Part shown: positions 34,531 through 46,947 of the stretch, piece after piece
Layout: every line of letters begins with the position of its first letter
Numbering within the stretch: position 1 is the stretch's first letter
NCBI GenBank assembly: GCA_027251445.1
Contig: JAPNQO010000113.1
Location: 1-47,270, forward strand
From: Fidelibacterota bacterium
GTDB lineage: Bacteria > Fidelibacterota > Marinisomatia > Marinisomatales > TCS55
Length of the DNA: 47,270 bases
Direction: 5' to 3'
Notes under the pieces: generated by a model
Database searches by the model: none
What the model was told of the DNA's origin: nothing
What the model saw: only the letters and a program-made list of their open reading frames with translations
Made by a program: the position numbers and the translations under genes

Positions 34531-37477
34531 AAAACTTATTTTATTTTTTTTTATAACCTCTATTGGATATAGTCAAACATGGGCATGGACCAATAGAACT
34601 CATGGTGAATTAGTTTGGAATACAATAACTACTAAAAACTTTAGAATACACTATCACAATGGGATTGAACAAATAGCTAAAGAAGGGGCTTCAATTTCCG
34701 AACAAGCTCTCCCCATATTATTAGAACAAATGGATCTAAAAGATATTCCAATAATCGATATTATTTTTACAACAGAAGATGAAATAATGAATGGTTTTGC
34801 AGGGCCAACATATCAAACATTTATATGGGTAGATCAAAATGATGCAGCGATTTGGCTTGAAGATGAAAAATGGCTGTTTCAAGTAGTTTCTCATGAGTTA
34901 CAACATATTGTCTTTTTTCATCGTGTAAAAACATGGCTTCCTGAGCCATGGTCATATTTATTATCTAAAACGCCTGGTTGGGTAGTTGAGGGACTAGCAG
35001 AATATGAAACTGAAAAATGGCGGCCATACCGCGCAGAGATTAGCCACAAATATCATGTGTTAAAAAACAATATGGATAGTATGGACCCGCATCATGATGG
35101 TTTTTCAAAATTATTATACTGGTCAAATAGATTTGGTGATTCAACTATTGTACAAACCCTATCAGATCGTAACAATTTTGGTTTATTTGATTTTAAATCA
35201 TCTTTTAAGAAAAATGTTGGGATAGATGTTGATCAGTTTAACGAGGATTGGCGTAGGCATATGAATACGTATTATTATGGCTATAGATCACAAAAAGAAT
35301 CTATTGAGGAGGTAGGTCAGGTTTTTACGTTACCAATAGATAAATTAGTTGGATTTAACTTTTCAAGTGATAGTTCTAAAATGGCTATTATAGGTATGGA
35401 CAATAAAATGCAAAGAGATATGTCATTATATGTATTCAATAGAGATACCTTAAAGGAGAAAGAAATAAGGGAAAAAAGACTGAAATCTGATGAAGATAAA
35501 AAGAAAAACAAAAATTCAGGATTTTTAAGTAGGATATTTAAAAACAAAGATAGGGATGTATTAAAAGAAAAAAAGTTTAAACCAGTGATTGTATGGAAAA
35601 GGGAAGAAATTGACTATGGAAGTTTTCATTCTAAATTAAGCTGGGCACCAACAAAAGATATGCTTGCTTATTCAAAATACAGATATGGGGAATATCAATC
35701 TTTGGTATACGATATTAAAGTATTTGATCAAAAAAATAATAGTACAAAATGGATTACAAATTCAAAAAGAGCCACATACCCATCTTGGTCGCCGGACGGT
35801 CAAAAGTTAGTATATGTAGCGCATAATAATAGTATAGCAAACATATATGAAGTTGAAGTAGATAAATGGGATCAAGAACATAAACAATTAACTAATTATA
35901 CTTATGATACGCAAATATTGAGCCCAAAATATAGTCCTAATGGGGAATACATTGTTTATTGTAAGGCTGATCAAAATGCTAATTTAGATTTATATATAAG
36001 AAATATTAATAGCGAAAACACTGAAAGACTAACCACTAATCCAGCTGCAGATTATGATCCTATATGGCACCCGGATGGACAATATATATCGTATACTTCA
36101 CATTCAGGGTATACACCAAACATACACACCATAAATGTTAACACTAAAGTTGATAAATTTATTACCGATGTTGGTGATGCAATTTGGGCAGCCCAATGGT
36201 CGCCTAATGATTCTAGCATTACAGCACAAACACTTTCTGATGTAGATTCGATACGTTTAGTAAGGGTCGACCCTTACAGAGAAATCACCACTGGAAAATT
36301 AGAAATTCGAGAACATTATTCTAGCTGGAAGAATGCAGGCCCGGGCAAACGGTTAAACAATGTAGATGTTAATAAAGAAATAAATATTTTAAGTAATTCA
36401 CCGTATAAGTCGTTTGATATATTTAGACATCAAGGCTCATTAATTTTACCAGACAGCAGATCTGTATCAGGATTTACACAGTGGTCAGATAAAATGACTA
36501 GACACCTATTCACTGGGTTAGGTGTTTACGATTTAACATCAGATAGGAATCATTTATATCTATTTCAGTATGTAAATGCAATGAATGGGCCAATATGGGG
36601 GATAAGATATAGTAAAAGGTTAGATATTATGTTCAAACCCTATGATAATACCAAATGGGGTCTATATGAGGATAATACCAGCATAGATTTATGGTTTCAG
36701 TTATTTCATAACTACGGTAATTCTATGTCAAACAATCATCAATACTTTGGTAGTATAAAATTATTAGATCGTAATGCCAATTTAATAGATGGATTTGATA
36801 CAAATTCAGAAACATTTACATATGATACTGTAACAACCTATGTGCCGTTACCAATATCAGGTAAAGAATTAAAATTAAAATTAGAATTTCAATGGTTAAA
36901 TAGAAGACCAAGCACTATTAACTCCATTTTACCTAAACAAGGATATGGTATAAACCTCAACGTAGAACATTCTAATTCAAAAATATATGGTGAATTTGAT
37001 AATACAAGGCTAATTACAGATATGTTTGTTAATTATTCACCAAAAAATATACCAATAACAATTTATTCAAGAATAAAAGCTATATCAGTTTATGGTGATA
37101 AAATTCCAGTACAAGATTTGCCAGCAATTACAAATAATTCACCAATATATCTAATGGGTCAAAATGTACTGGGAGGCAATGAAGTAATACGACTTAGAGG
37201 TTGGAATAGCTGGCGTTTAGGGGATAATCTTATACATGGGACTATTGAGCCACGATTTGGTAATAAGCAATTTGTATTATCATGTTTTGTTGATTTTGGT
37301 AATGCGTGGTATAAAGGAAAGGATATACCAGATATGCTTTACACAGCTGGATATGAACTTAAAGTCAATTTAGGCATTATAATATTAGCCTATGGATCAG
37401 CTCAAGATTTTAATAGATGGAAAGATAATAAAACGCCTGGTAATTATTTACAAATGAGTTTAGTAAATCCCTTTTAA
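34520..37477 (+). CDS. Outer-membrane fusion protein: zincin-like peptidase + TolB/PD40 propeller + Omp85-like barrel
   Basis: Signal peptide; HELQH...EGLAEY; PSWSPDG, PKYSPNG, PIWHPDG repeats; LRGW and FVDFGNAW motifs; C-terminal Phe. Confidence 0.75.
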   Translation: MDIKKLILFFFITSIGYSQTWAWTNRTHGELVWNTITTKNFRIHYHNGIEQIAKEGASISEQALPILLEQMDLKDIPIIDIIFTTEDEIMNGFAGPTYQTFIWVDQNDAAIWLEDEKWLFQVVSHELQHIVFFHRVKTWLPEPWSYLLSKTPGWVVEGLAEYETEKWRPYRAEISHKYHVLKNNMDSMDPHHDGFSKLLYWSNRFGDSTIVQTLSDRNNFGLFDFKSSFKKNVGIDVDQFNEDWRRHMNTYYYGYRSQKESIEEVGQVFTLPIDKLVGFNFSSDSSKMAIIGMDNKMQRDMSLYVFNRDTLKEKEIREKRLKSDEDKKKNKNSGFLSRIFKNKDRDVLKEKKFKPVIVWKREEIDYGSFHSKLSWAPTKDMLAYSKYRYGEYQSLVYDIKVFDQKNNSTKWITNSKRATYPSWSPDGQKLVYVAHNNSIANIYEVEVDKWDQEHKQLTNYTYDTQILSPKYSPNGEYIVYCKADQNANLDLYIRNINSENTERLTTNPAADYDPIWHPDGQYISYTSHSGYTPNIHTINVNTKVDKFITDVGDAIWAAQWSPNDSSITAQTLSDVDSIRLVRVDPYREITTGKLEIREHYSSWKNAGPGKRLNNVDVNKEINILSNSPYKSFDIFRHQGSLILPDSRSVSGFTQWSDKMTRHLFTGLGVYDLTSDRNHLYLFQYVNAMNGPIWGIRYSKRLDIMFKPYDNTKWGLYEDNTSIDLWFQLFHNYGNSMSNNHQYFGSIKLLDRNANLIDGFDTNSETFTYDTVTTYVPLPISGKELKLKLEFQWLNRRPSTINSILPKQGYGINLNVEHSNSKIYGEFDNTRLITDMFVNYSPKNIPITIYSRIKAISVYGDKIPVQDLPAITNNSPIYLMGQNVLGGNEVIRLRGWNSWRLGDNLIHGTIEPRFGNKQFVLSCFVDFGNAWYKGKDIPDMLYTAGYELKVNLGIIILAYGSAQDFNRWKDNKTPGNYLQMSLVNPF

Positions 37478-37486
37478 TTTATATAA

Positions 37487-37575
37487 TGTGTATATCTGAT
37501 ATATAAAATATATAGTTTTATACACATATAAATCTATAGTATTAACAATATATACACATAAATTATTTCTATTTT
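37487..37575. promoter_or_regulatory. Cluster of DnaA-box-like 9-mers in an AT-rich intergenic region
   Basis: TTATACACA 37518-37526 (matches TTWTNCACA), ATATACACA 37550-37558, inverted TGTGTATAT 37487-37495, GTATTAACA 37539-37547. Confidence 0.45.
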
Positions 37576-37652
37576 TCTTTATGATAATTAGTTTATAATA
37601 TTTTTATTTTCTTCTTAATCTATTATATAAAATACTTTTAATATTGGCCCCT

Positions 37653-38852
37653 ATGTTTTACAAATTTATCATATTCTTTCTATTAACTCATTCGTTGTAT
37701 TCTACTGAGAGCGATGAATATGTTTTATTAATCTCTATGGATGGTTTCAGATATGATTATTTAGATAAGGCCAATACTCCTAATTTTGATAAGATTATGA
37801 ATACAGGTGCAAGCGCTAAAGCTTTAGTTCCTATATTTATTTCGAAAACTTTTCCAAATCATTATAGTATTGTCACTGGTATGTATGCTGAGAATCATGG
37901 TTTAATTGCAAATACATTTTATGCTAATGACTTACAAAAACAGTACTCTATCAGAGATAGGAATGCTGTAGAAAATGGTAAATTTTATGGTGGGGAACCT
38001 ATATGGGTGACAGCTGAAAAGCAGAATGTAATTACTGCTAGTTACTTTTGGGTAGGTAGTGAGGCTGTAATTAAAAACCATCAACCAACATATTGGAAAA
38101 AATATGATCAAAAGGTTACATTTAATTCTAGAGTAGATTCTGTCATTTCATGGTTTTCTAAACCAATAGAATCTAGACCCCGTCTAGCTTTATTATATTT
38201 TCATGAACCTGATTGGACTGGCCATGAGTACGGTCCCAATAGTCAGGAAATCATTGAAAAGATTAAGGACATGGATACCGTTGTTGGTGACTTATATGAT
38301 AAACTTTCTAAACTATCGATTTATGATAAGTTAAATGTTATTATTTTGAGTGACCATGGAATGAGTGATGTGAGTGATGAAAAAATTATTGATCTGTCAT
38401 CATTTACTGATCTATCTAAACTTCGTGTTAATGGTGCTGGCCCTACTGTTTTTATATCATCAGATTCAAAACAATTATTAAAAAAAACATATAAGGATTT
38501 AAAATCAATTAACAATGCTGATGTTTATTGGAAACAAAATATTCCCAATCGCTTTCACTATAAAAATCATACCAGAATTCCTGATATATTAATTGTTGCA
38601 GATGAAGGGTGGAGCTTAATGCCCTTAGGTCATGGAGCTTCACGACCAAAGGGTTCACATGGATATGATAATCAGCTAGATAATATGAAGGCTATCTTTT
38701 TAGCAAAAGGCCCTGCATTTAAATCTGGATATATAAGAGAAGAATTTGAAAATATTCATATATATCCCTTAATAGCCCACATTTTAGGAATAGATCCTTA
38801 TAAAGATATTGATGGAGATATAAATACTGTTAAGGATTTGTTATCTAGGTAA
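37653..38852 (+). CDS. Nucleotide pyrophosphatase/phosphodiesterase (alkaline phosphatase superfamily)
   Basis: Signal peptide; ISMDGFRYDY, KTFPNHYSIVTG, EPDWTGH, SDHGM, GSHGYDN. Confidence 0.93.
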   Translation: MFYKFIIFFLLTHSLYSTESDEYVLLISMDGFRYDYLDKANTPNFDKIMNTGASAKALVPIFISKTFPNHYSIVTGMYAENHGLIANTFYANDLQKQYSIRDRNAVENGKFYGGEPIWVTAEKQNVITASYFWVGSEAVIKNHQPTYWKKYDQKVTFNSRVDSVISWFSKPIESRPRLALLYFHEPDWTGHEYGPNSQEIIEKIKDMDTVVGDLYDKLSKLSIYDKLNVIILSDHGMSDVSDEKIIDLSSFTDLSKLRVNGAGPTVFISSDSKQLLKKTYKDLKSINNADVYWKQNIPNRFHYKNHTRIPDILIVADEGWSLMPLGHGASRPKGSHGYDNQLDNMKAIFLAKGPAFKSGYIREEFENIHIYPLIAHILGIDPYKDIDGDINTVKDLLSR

Positions 38853-39569
38853 TTAGAAACTCCATTTTAAATTACCCTTCCATCCAATTGATAGTGATAT
38901 TGAATTTGGATTATTATTTAGCTTTCTATAATTCTCTGTTTCATATATTAAACTTGCTGACACCCCATTTTTAATAGGGATTATTATTTCAGACATAATT
39001 TGTGTACGAGATAAATTTTGTTCTACAATCTCACTAATTTGATAAAAATATTCGAATTCTAATTTGGAGCTAAAATATTGTGTATCATTATCCCAATATA
39101 TTCCACTTCGCGCATAAGATGTTCTTCTATTATCGTTTAAATAATCTGACATATCATAAGCATGGGCTATTTCTGTAATTACGTGTCCATTTTTATATGG
39201 AAGCACAAAAACTCCAAGGCCTTGATTAAAATGGTATCTTAATGCTACTCCAGCTTTTTTATTCTTTTGATATGCAAATGTAGTAAATCTATATAAACGT
39301 GAATAACGGCGAAATTTCGAACTATTTTTATATCGTATATACACATATGAATTATTTTCTAGACCATAAAAGTATAATCGTAGATCGCCAAAATAATAAT
39401 CACTAGTTCTATTTAAGCGATAATATCCTGAAATACCTTTGTCTTGAGATACTTGAACTATCCCAGCTCGTATATATTGTTTCCAATTAACTGAATCCAC
39501 TTGAGTGCTTTCACTAAAAACAATATTACTTAATAAAAATAAAGTAATAATTACTTTCTTATGACTCAT
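38853..39569 (-). CDS. Hypothetical exported protein, possible outer-membrane beta-barrel
   Basis: Signal peptide, aromatic-rich alternating strands, C-terminal ...LKWSF. Confidence 0.5.
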   Translation of the reverse strand: MSHKKVIITLFLLSNIVFSESTQVDSVNWKQYIRAGIVQVSQDKGISGYYRLNRTSDYYFGDLRLYFYGLENNSYVYIRYKNSSKFRRYSRLYRFTTFAYQKNKKAGVALRYHFNQGLGVFVLPYKNGHVITEIAHAYDMSDYLNDNRRTSYARSGIYWDNDTQYFSSKLEFEYFYQISEIVEQNLSRTQIMSEIIIPIKNGVSASLIYETENYRKLNNNPNSISLSIGWKGNLKWSF

Positions 39570-39574
39570 TTTAA

Positions 39575-40345
39575 TTACTGTTTAATCTTTTTGCCGCTAT
39601 GCATTAGCCCTATTGCCAATGTTGTAAAAAGTATCGTCATAATTAATGCCATAATTACACTAGTTAATGGTGAGGTATCAGCGATGCCAAGCGTTGTAAA
39701 ACGAATACCATTTATCATATAATATATAGGATTAAATAAACTTATAGTTTGAGCCCAGCCTGGCAACATATTGATCGAATAGAATACCCCACCTAAAAAA
39801 CTTAATGGTGTTAAAAAAAAGTTTTGCATCATGGCAAGCTGGTCCCATGAGTCTGATAGTTGCCCAAGAACTAGACCCATGCTTGCAAAAGCCCAAGAAA
39901 CCATAACAATAAAACATACTGTTGATATTGGTGAATGAACAGGCATATCTATTAATACAATTCCTAAAATCATTACTAATACACCATTTACAGTTCCGCG
40001 AACAGTTCCTCCAATAATATACGCAATAGATATTTCCATTGCTGATAATGGGGCAGTTAATATATCTGGTAATTGTTGTAGTAGTTTCATTTGTAACATT
40101 GATGAAGATGTATTTGCAGTTGCATTTGTTAAAGTATTCATCATTAATAACCCTGGAAGAATAAATAAAGTATAGGGTACTCCATTAATTTCATCAATAC
40201 GGCGTTCAAGTGTAAACCCAAAAACAACTATATATAACCCAGATGAGATTAATCCAGGAAGTACTGTTTGACGATAAACTGAAAAAAAACGACCAACTTC
40301 GCGTCGTATTAAAGTCCATAAACCTACCCAGTTAACTTTTACCAT
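39575..40345 (-). CDS. ABC-2 type transporter permease (YadH-like)
   Basis: RREVGRF, FILPGLLMM, LTAPLS, TPLSFLGGVFYSI, NPIYYMINGIR. Confidence 0.92.
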   Translation of the reverse strand: MVKVNWVGLWTLIRREVGRFFSVYRQTVLPGLISSGLYIVVFGFTLERRIDEINGVPYTLFILPGLLMMNTLTNATANTSSSMLQMKLLQQLPDILTAPLSAMEISIAYIIGGTVRGTVNGVLVMILGIVLIDMPVHSPISTVCFIVMVSWAFASMGLVLGQLSDSWDQLAMMQNFFLTPLSFLGGVFYSINMLPGWAQTISLFNPIYYMINGIRFTTLGIADTSPLTSVIMALIMTILFTTLAIGLMHSGKKIKQ

Positions 40346-41268
40346 TAACTTATTCTTTCGCCAGTAAGATCAAGAAAAACATCTTCAAGAGATGCTTTAT
40401 CAACATTAATATTTTGAATATGACAATCATTTTTTGTCAATATTTTAATTATAGTGGCCATATCTTTCTCAGGGTCTAATACAGAAAAATGCAACCTCCC
40501 TTCATCATATGTAAATGTAAAATTATCCAATAAATTTTTCATTTTATCATCCCATCCAGTTACATGGATGGTTAAGCCTGATTGACCTAATTGTTTAGTA
40601 AGCTCAATTGGAGATCCATCTTTAATTATTTTTCCCTTATTAATTATGGCAACACGCTCACATAATAATTCTGCTTCTTCAATATAGTGAGTTGTGAGAA
40701 GTATAGTTTTACCATTACTATGTAGCTTACGTAAATAATCCCATAATTCATGTCTTAACTCAACGTCTACGCCAGCCGTTGGTTCATCAAGAATAATTAT
40801 ATCTGGATCATGCACAAGTGCTTTTGCGAGCTGATAGCGACGTTTCATTCCGCCAGAGAGCTGTCTTAGCCTAGTACCTCTTTTTTCCTCAAGTCCTAAC
40901 TTTTTTATGATTTTATCTACGCGATTCTTTGCTTGTTTAATTGGTAGCCCATAATAACCAGCATGAAATAATAATAATCTTTCAACTGGGAAAAACCAAT
41001 CTATTGATAGTTCTTGTGCTGCAATGCCAACTTTTGATCGTGTAAAACGATAATCTTTTACCGTATCTTTACCAAATATTTCCGTTATTCCTTCTTGTCT
41101 TATTACTAAACCAGTGAGAATATTTATTGTTGTTGTTTTCCCAGCACCATTTGGTCCTAACAGGCCCAAAAATTCACCTTGTTTAATAGTTAAATCAACA
41201 CCATCAAGCGCCTGTACTTTACCAAAGGATTTTTTTAATCCACGTATTTCTACCGCTGGAGTTTTCAA
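40345..41268 (-). CDS. ABC transporter ATP-binding protein (YadG-like)
   Basis: GPNGAGKTT, LSGGMKRR, ILDEPTAGVD, TTHY. Confidence 0.95.
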   Translation of the reverse strand: MKTPAVEIRGLKKSFGKVQALDGVDLTIKQGEFLGLLGPNGAGKTTTINILTGLVIRQEGITEIFGKDTVKDYRFTRSKVGIAAQELSIDWFFPVERLLLFHAGYYGLPIKQAKNRVDKIIKKLGLEEKRGTRLRQLSGGMKRRYQLAKALVHDPDIIILDEPTAGVDVELRHELWDYLRKLHSNGKTILLTTHYIEEAELLCERVAIINKGKIIKDGSPIELTKQLGQSGLTIHVTGWDDKMKNLLDNFTFTYDEGRLHFSVLDPEKDMATIIKILTKNDCHIQNINVDKASLEDVFLDLTGERIS

Positions 41269-41597
41269 CTTTCTATATCAAACCCAACTTGCAAATCAAA
41301 AGGGTTTGGGAAGTCAAAACCCTCTACGTTAGGAAAGTGCACTATTGATGTAATAAATGGCCAAGCGATTAATACAGTAGCAGTAACAGTTTCCATAGTT
41401 ACCTTAGAATCTTTATTATTTGGATCATCCATTCGAGGAATTTGAAAGTTTGGATGCTCAATCCAAATTCCATTTTCATCGTATCCTGCTATCCTTGCAT
41501 AAATTTTATTTTTTTGTATTCCCATTTCTTTCAAGCTTTCAACCTCTTGAAGAACTAGTAGGACAACATCACCTACAATTGATTCAATCTTCATCAT
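41265..41597 (-). CDS. Hypothetical protein, possible Sm/LSm-like fold
   Basis: SD-like AAGGA upstream; IVGDVVLLVL...ARIAGYDENGIWIE...VLIAWPFITSIV. Confidence 0.6.
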   Translation of the reverse strand: MMKIESIVGDVVLLVLQEVESLKEMGIQKNKIYARIAGYDENGIWIEHPNFQIPRMDDPNNKDSKVTMETVTATVLIAWPFITSIVHFPNVEGFDFPNPFDLQVGFDIES

Positions 41598-41654
41598 AAT
41601 AATTTTTCCTTTATTTTTATGAATGATATATATTAATCACAATAATCCTAAATC

Positions 41655-44134
<2,480 letters not shown>

Positions 44135-44139
44135 AAGTA

Positions 44140-44568
44140 TTAAAACTCTTTAAAGTGGATGCATTCTTTATACCAGCTTTGATACTCCCCTTTTTGATGG
44201 ACCCAGAAGTCAATACTACATTTAGCTTTCCCAATACAAATTTGGGGAGGATTCCGATGATTATCATTATGCATTACCACAATTAATTGCTTTATAGGTT
44301 TTTTTGCATATTGGCCCATATTGGTTAATGCAGAGTACGCAAACCCTAAATCATCATTAACTCTGTTCCGATCAACTTGTATATCAATTTGGTATACCCT
44401 TCCTTGTCTAGTCTTATAAATGTTGACGCCTAATAGTTCAGGAGAAGTATGGTTTCTTTTAAAATAATGAGGGGTCATAGCAATAATTTGATTATCGCTA
44501 AATTTAGGTTTTGTAGCAAACAAAAAAGGGGTAATTAAGCTAATAATAATAAATATTTTTAATTTCAT
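44140..44568 (-). CDS. Hypothetical secreted protein
   Basis: Signal peptide MKLKIFIIISLITPFLFA; overlaps the upstream stop codon by 4 nt. Confidence 0.65.
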   Translation of the reverse strand: MKLKIFIIISLITPFLFATKPKFSDNQIIAMTPHYFKRNHTSPELLGVNIYKTRQGRVYQIDIQVDRNRVNDDLGFAYSALTNMGQYAKKPIKQLIVVMHNDNHRNPPQICIGKAKCSIDFWVHQKGEYQSWYKECIHFKEF

Positions 44569-45533
44569 CGCTTGAATTTAATGAAGAAAAACGCAATGAT
44601 TAAGACTAAGCCTAACAAAATAATTATCCCAATCTGAATACGTTTTTTTGAATAAATAATTGATTCAGCGTGCAATATGTAATCGTCATTTAAAAATTCT
44701 TTTAAACCAAATGTCCACATTAAAGTGTCGCCTGAAATTGAATCAGCATTTGTAGTTATAACTACTCCTGGTAAAAATATATGAAATTTAAATTGATCAT
44801 CACGCAATTGACCCGTGATGTGCATTTCTTTTGAATAAAGATCGACTAACTCCTGAAAAGCTAATTCATAAGTTGAAGGAAGTTCATCTAAAAATGGGTT
44901 CAATATATCACGAACGAACAATCCTGAAGAATCCTCTATAGAATATAATTCAGTAAAATTTTTTCTATCTACATATCCTCGTATATAGTTTTCCATTCTG
45001 TCTGCAAGGAGGGAGTTAATCATTGTAGTAGAATCTTTTTGTAAATCATATACTGCTGTAGATCCGATATAATACAAGGCTTCACTAATCCATTCAGTAG
45101 TGTCATTATCAATACTGCTCATGCTATTACCAAATTTTGGATATTTCCGAAACACTTCACGACCTTTAAAAAACTGTGAAACAAAATAATGAGTTCCAAA
45201 AAACCCTTTTTCAAATCGCACATCTATAGGATGGGCAACTTCAACTAAAGAACTGTGCCCAGATGAAAAAGCCGTTGGTCCATACAGCAAACCTGATGTA
45301 TTCATTACCCAAGTTTTTTCATCATCAGTAATCTCCGTTTCTATACTGGTAACCCATGGATCGCCAAACGGGTGAGGAAAATCTTCATTAAAAACGTCTG
45401 TAGAGTCACCTCGGCTAACAAAATCCATTAAGTATCTTCCATCAGGAAAGACGCGAATTGTTATCAAATGTTCGACGCAGCTTGGTGCAAATAAACATAC
45501 GAATAGAATGATCAGTACAGTTCTTAAGCTCAT
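44565..45533 (-). CDS. Hypothetical lipoprotein with C-terminal TM anchor
   Basis: Lipobox-like APSC; LPGVVITTNADSISGDTLMW; C-terminal TM helix followed by KFKR. Confidence 0.65.
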   Translation of the reverse strand: MSLRTVLIILFVCLFAPSCVEHLITIRVFPDGRYLMDFVSRGDSTDVFNEDFPHPFGDPWVTSIETEITDDEKTWVMNTSGLLYGPTAFSSGHSSLVEVAHPIDVRFEKGFFGTHYFVSQFFKGREVFRKYPKFGNSMSSIDNDTTEWISEALYYIGSTAVYDLQKDSTTMINSLLADRMENYIRGYVDRKNFTELYSIEDSSGLFVRDILNPFLDELPSTYELAFQELVDLYSKEMHITGQLRDDQFKFHIFLPGVVITTNADSISGDTLMWTFGLKEFLNDDYILHAESIIYSKKRIQIGIIILLGLVLIIAFFFIKFKR

Positions 45534-45573
45534 GACTTAAAATACAATTTTACAAATTGAATGTAAATGGAAT

Positions 45574-45600
45574 AAAAAAAGGGGCAATAATATTGCCCCT
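45574..45600 (-). terminator. Rho-independent terminator of the TPR-SLH gene
   Basis: Minus strand: AGGGGCAATA-tt-ATTGCCCC-TTTTTTT. Confidence 0.85.
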
Positions 45601-45620
45601 TAAACCAAAATAATATTTAA

Positions 45621-46751
45621 CTAAAATGTCATACGTAATGAATTTTGTAATGTGCGAATTATTAGCAATGCATCTGCACCATCAATATTGCCTGCTGGAT
45701 TAAATTTACCAGTCATTACATCTGATTGCATAATTCCTCTTTCGCTACATAAGGCCATTGCGTTGTATGCTGGGTGACTACTTGGCACATCACTAAACCG
45801 AGAAGGGCTTTCACCAAAATAGCGCACTTCTAAACTATTGTCTCGTGTAGCAACTACAAGTAAGCGCTGTACTGCCATGGCATATTCTGCACGAGTAATT
45901 GTTTCATCGGGATAAAAACGTCCATCAGGCCCCACTTCTAAAATCCCGTATTGAATTACTTCACTAATCCAAGATGAAGCCCAGTGCCCGCCTGCATCAG
46001 ATGGAGTTCTTGATCGGGAAGTTGTGTTCATTTGACCAGGAGTTTGAAATCCGCCACTTTGCGCTGGAAGTTTTTCCATAAGTTCACTTATCTTTAATTC
46101 TTCAGCAAATATAACGGATAAATCCGCGCGGTTGATTTGTTCTTGCAATGCAATCTTTTTCCCTGCTTCAGTCCCCGGCATAGCTCGTACAATTTTTTGA
46201 GAACGCTTCCACTGAGTATCTGCTCTTCCTGAGTAATCACCTTTCATTTCCACCACTCTTCTGAAATATGATTCTGCATCGCTAAAATTGTATTTATATA
46301 AGTTAGCTAAGCCATAATAATACAAGGACCCTTCATGTTGTTTATCTCGTTTTAATGCTTTATCAAGAATGTTTGTAGCTTTTTTAAACCATTTTTTATC
46401 ATCATTACGCATCACGATCCAACCACGCGCACAGATTGCAAGTACATCCGGATCTTTTGAACCTTTATCTACGGCTTTACCAATATTTTTTTTGGCTGCT
46501 TTTATATTTCCTAAATGCGCATTTGCCAAACCTAATCCAGCATAAGCAGGAACAAACTTTTTATCTAAATCAAGGGCTCTTTGAAAAGAATTCAAAGCGG
46601 CGTCATAATTACCCGTATCTACAGAACGCATCCCAGAACGAAAATGATATTCTGGAGTATCTACATCGCTTTGTGGCTTTGTTGCACATCCTGCAATCAG
46701 TAATATTGCAGAAACTAAAAATATTCTTAAAGATAAATGTTTCATAAACAA
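45621..46751 (-). CDS. Lipoprotein with TPR repeats and S-layer homology (SLH) domains
   Basis: Lipobox IAGC; TPR repeats; SLH-like INRAD, HWA...GIL...FYPDETITRAE, FSDVPSSHPAY...GIM. Confidence 0.85.
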   Translation of the reverse strand: MFMKHLSLRIFLVSAILLIAGCATKPQSDVDTPEYHFRSGMRSVDTGNYDAALNSFQRALDLDKKFVPAYAGLGLANAHLGNIKAAKKNIGKAVDKGSKDPDVLAICARGWIVMRNDDKKWFKKATNILDKALKRDKQHEGSLYYYGLANLYKYNFSDAESYFRRVVEMKGDYSGRADTQWKRSQKIVRAMPGTEAGKKIALQEQINRADLSVIFAEELKISELMEKLPAQSGGFQTPGQMNTTSRSRTPSDAGGHWASSWISEVIQYGILEVGPDGRFYPDETITRAEYAMAVQRLLVVATRDNSLEVRYFGESPSRFSDVPSSHPAYNAMALCSERGIMQSDVMTGKFNPAGNIDGADALLIIRTLQNSLRMTF

Positions 46752-46947
46752 TCCTCGCTATTGATTATACACTGTGAATATAGGGTGAAATATTTTGAAA
46801 ATAAATGGCTTGAACATTAAAATTTGATTTAAATCACAATAACAGGTTTCTTGTTGGTTAATGAAATAATATTAAATAATTTAGAATATTATTGTTTGTG
46901 GTTATAGATTTACGCTTTTAGCGAGGTAAAACAACAGGGTAAAATAA

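Noticed and set aside
37478..37570. dif site near the strand-convergence point
   Set aside because: Only a loose AT-rich resemblance; no intact XerD arm (TTATGTTAAAT) in the 11-6-11 layout.
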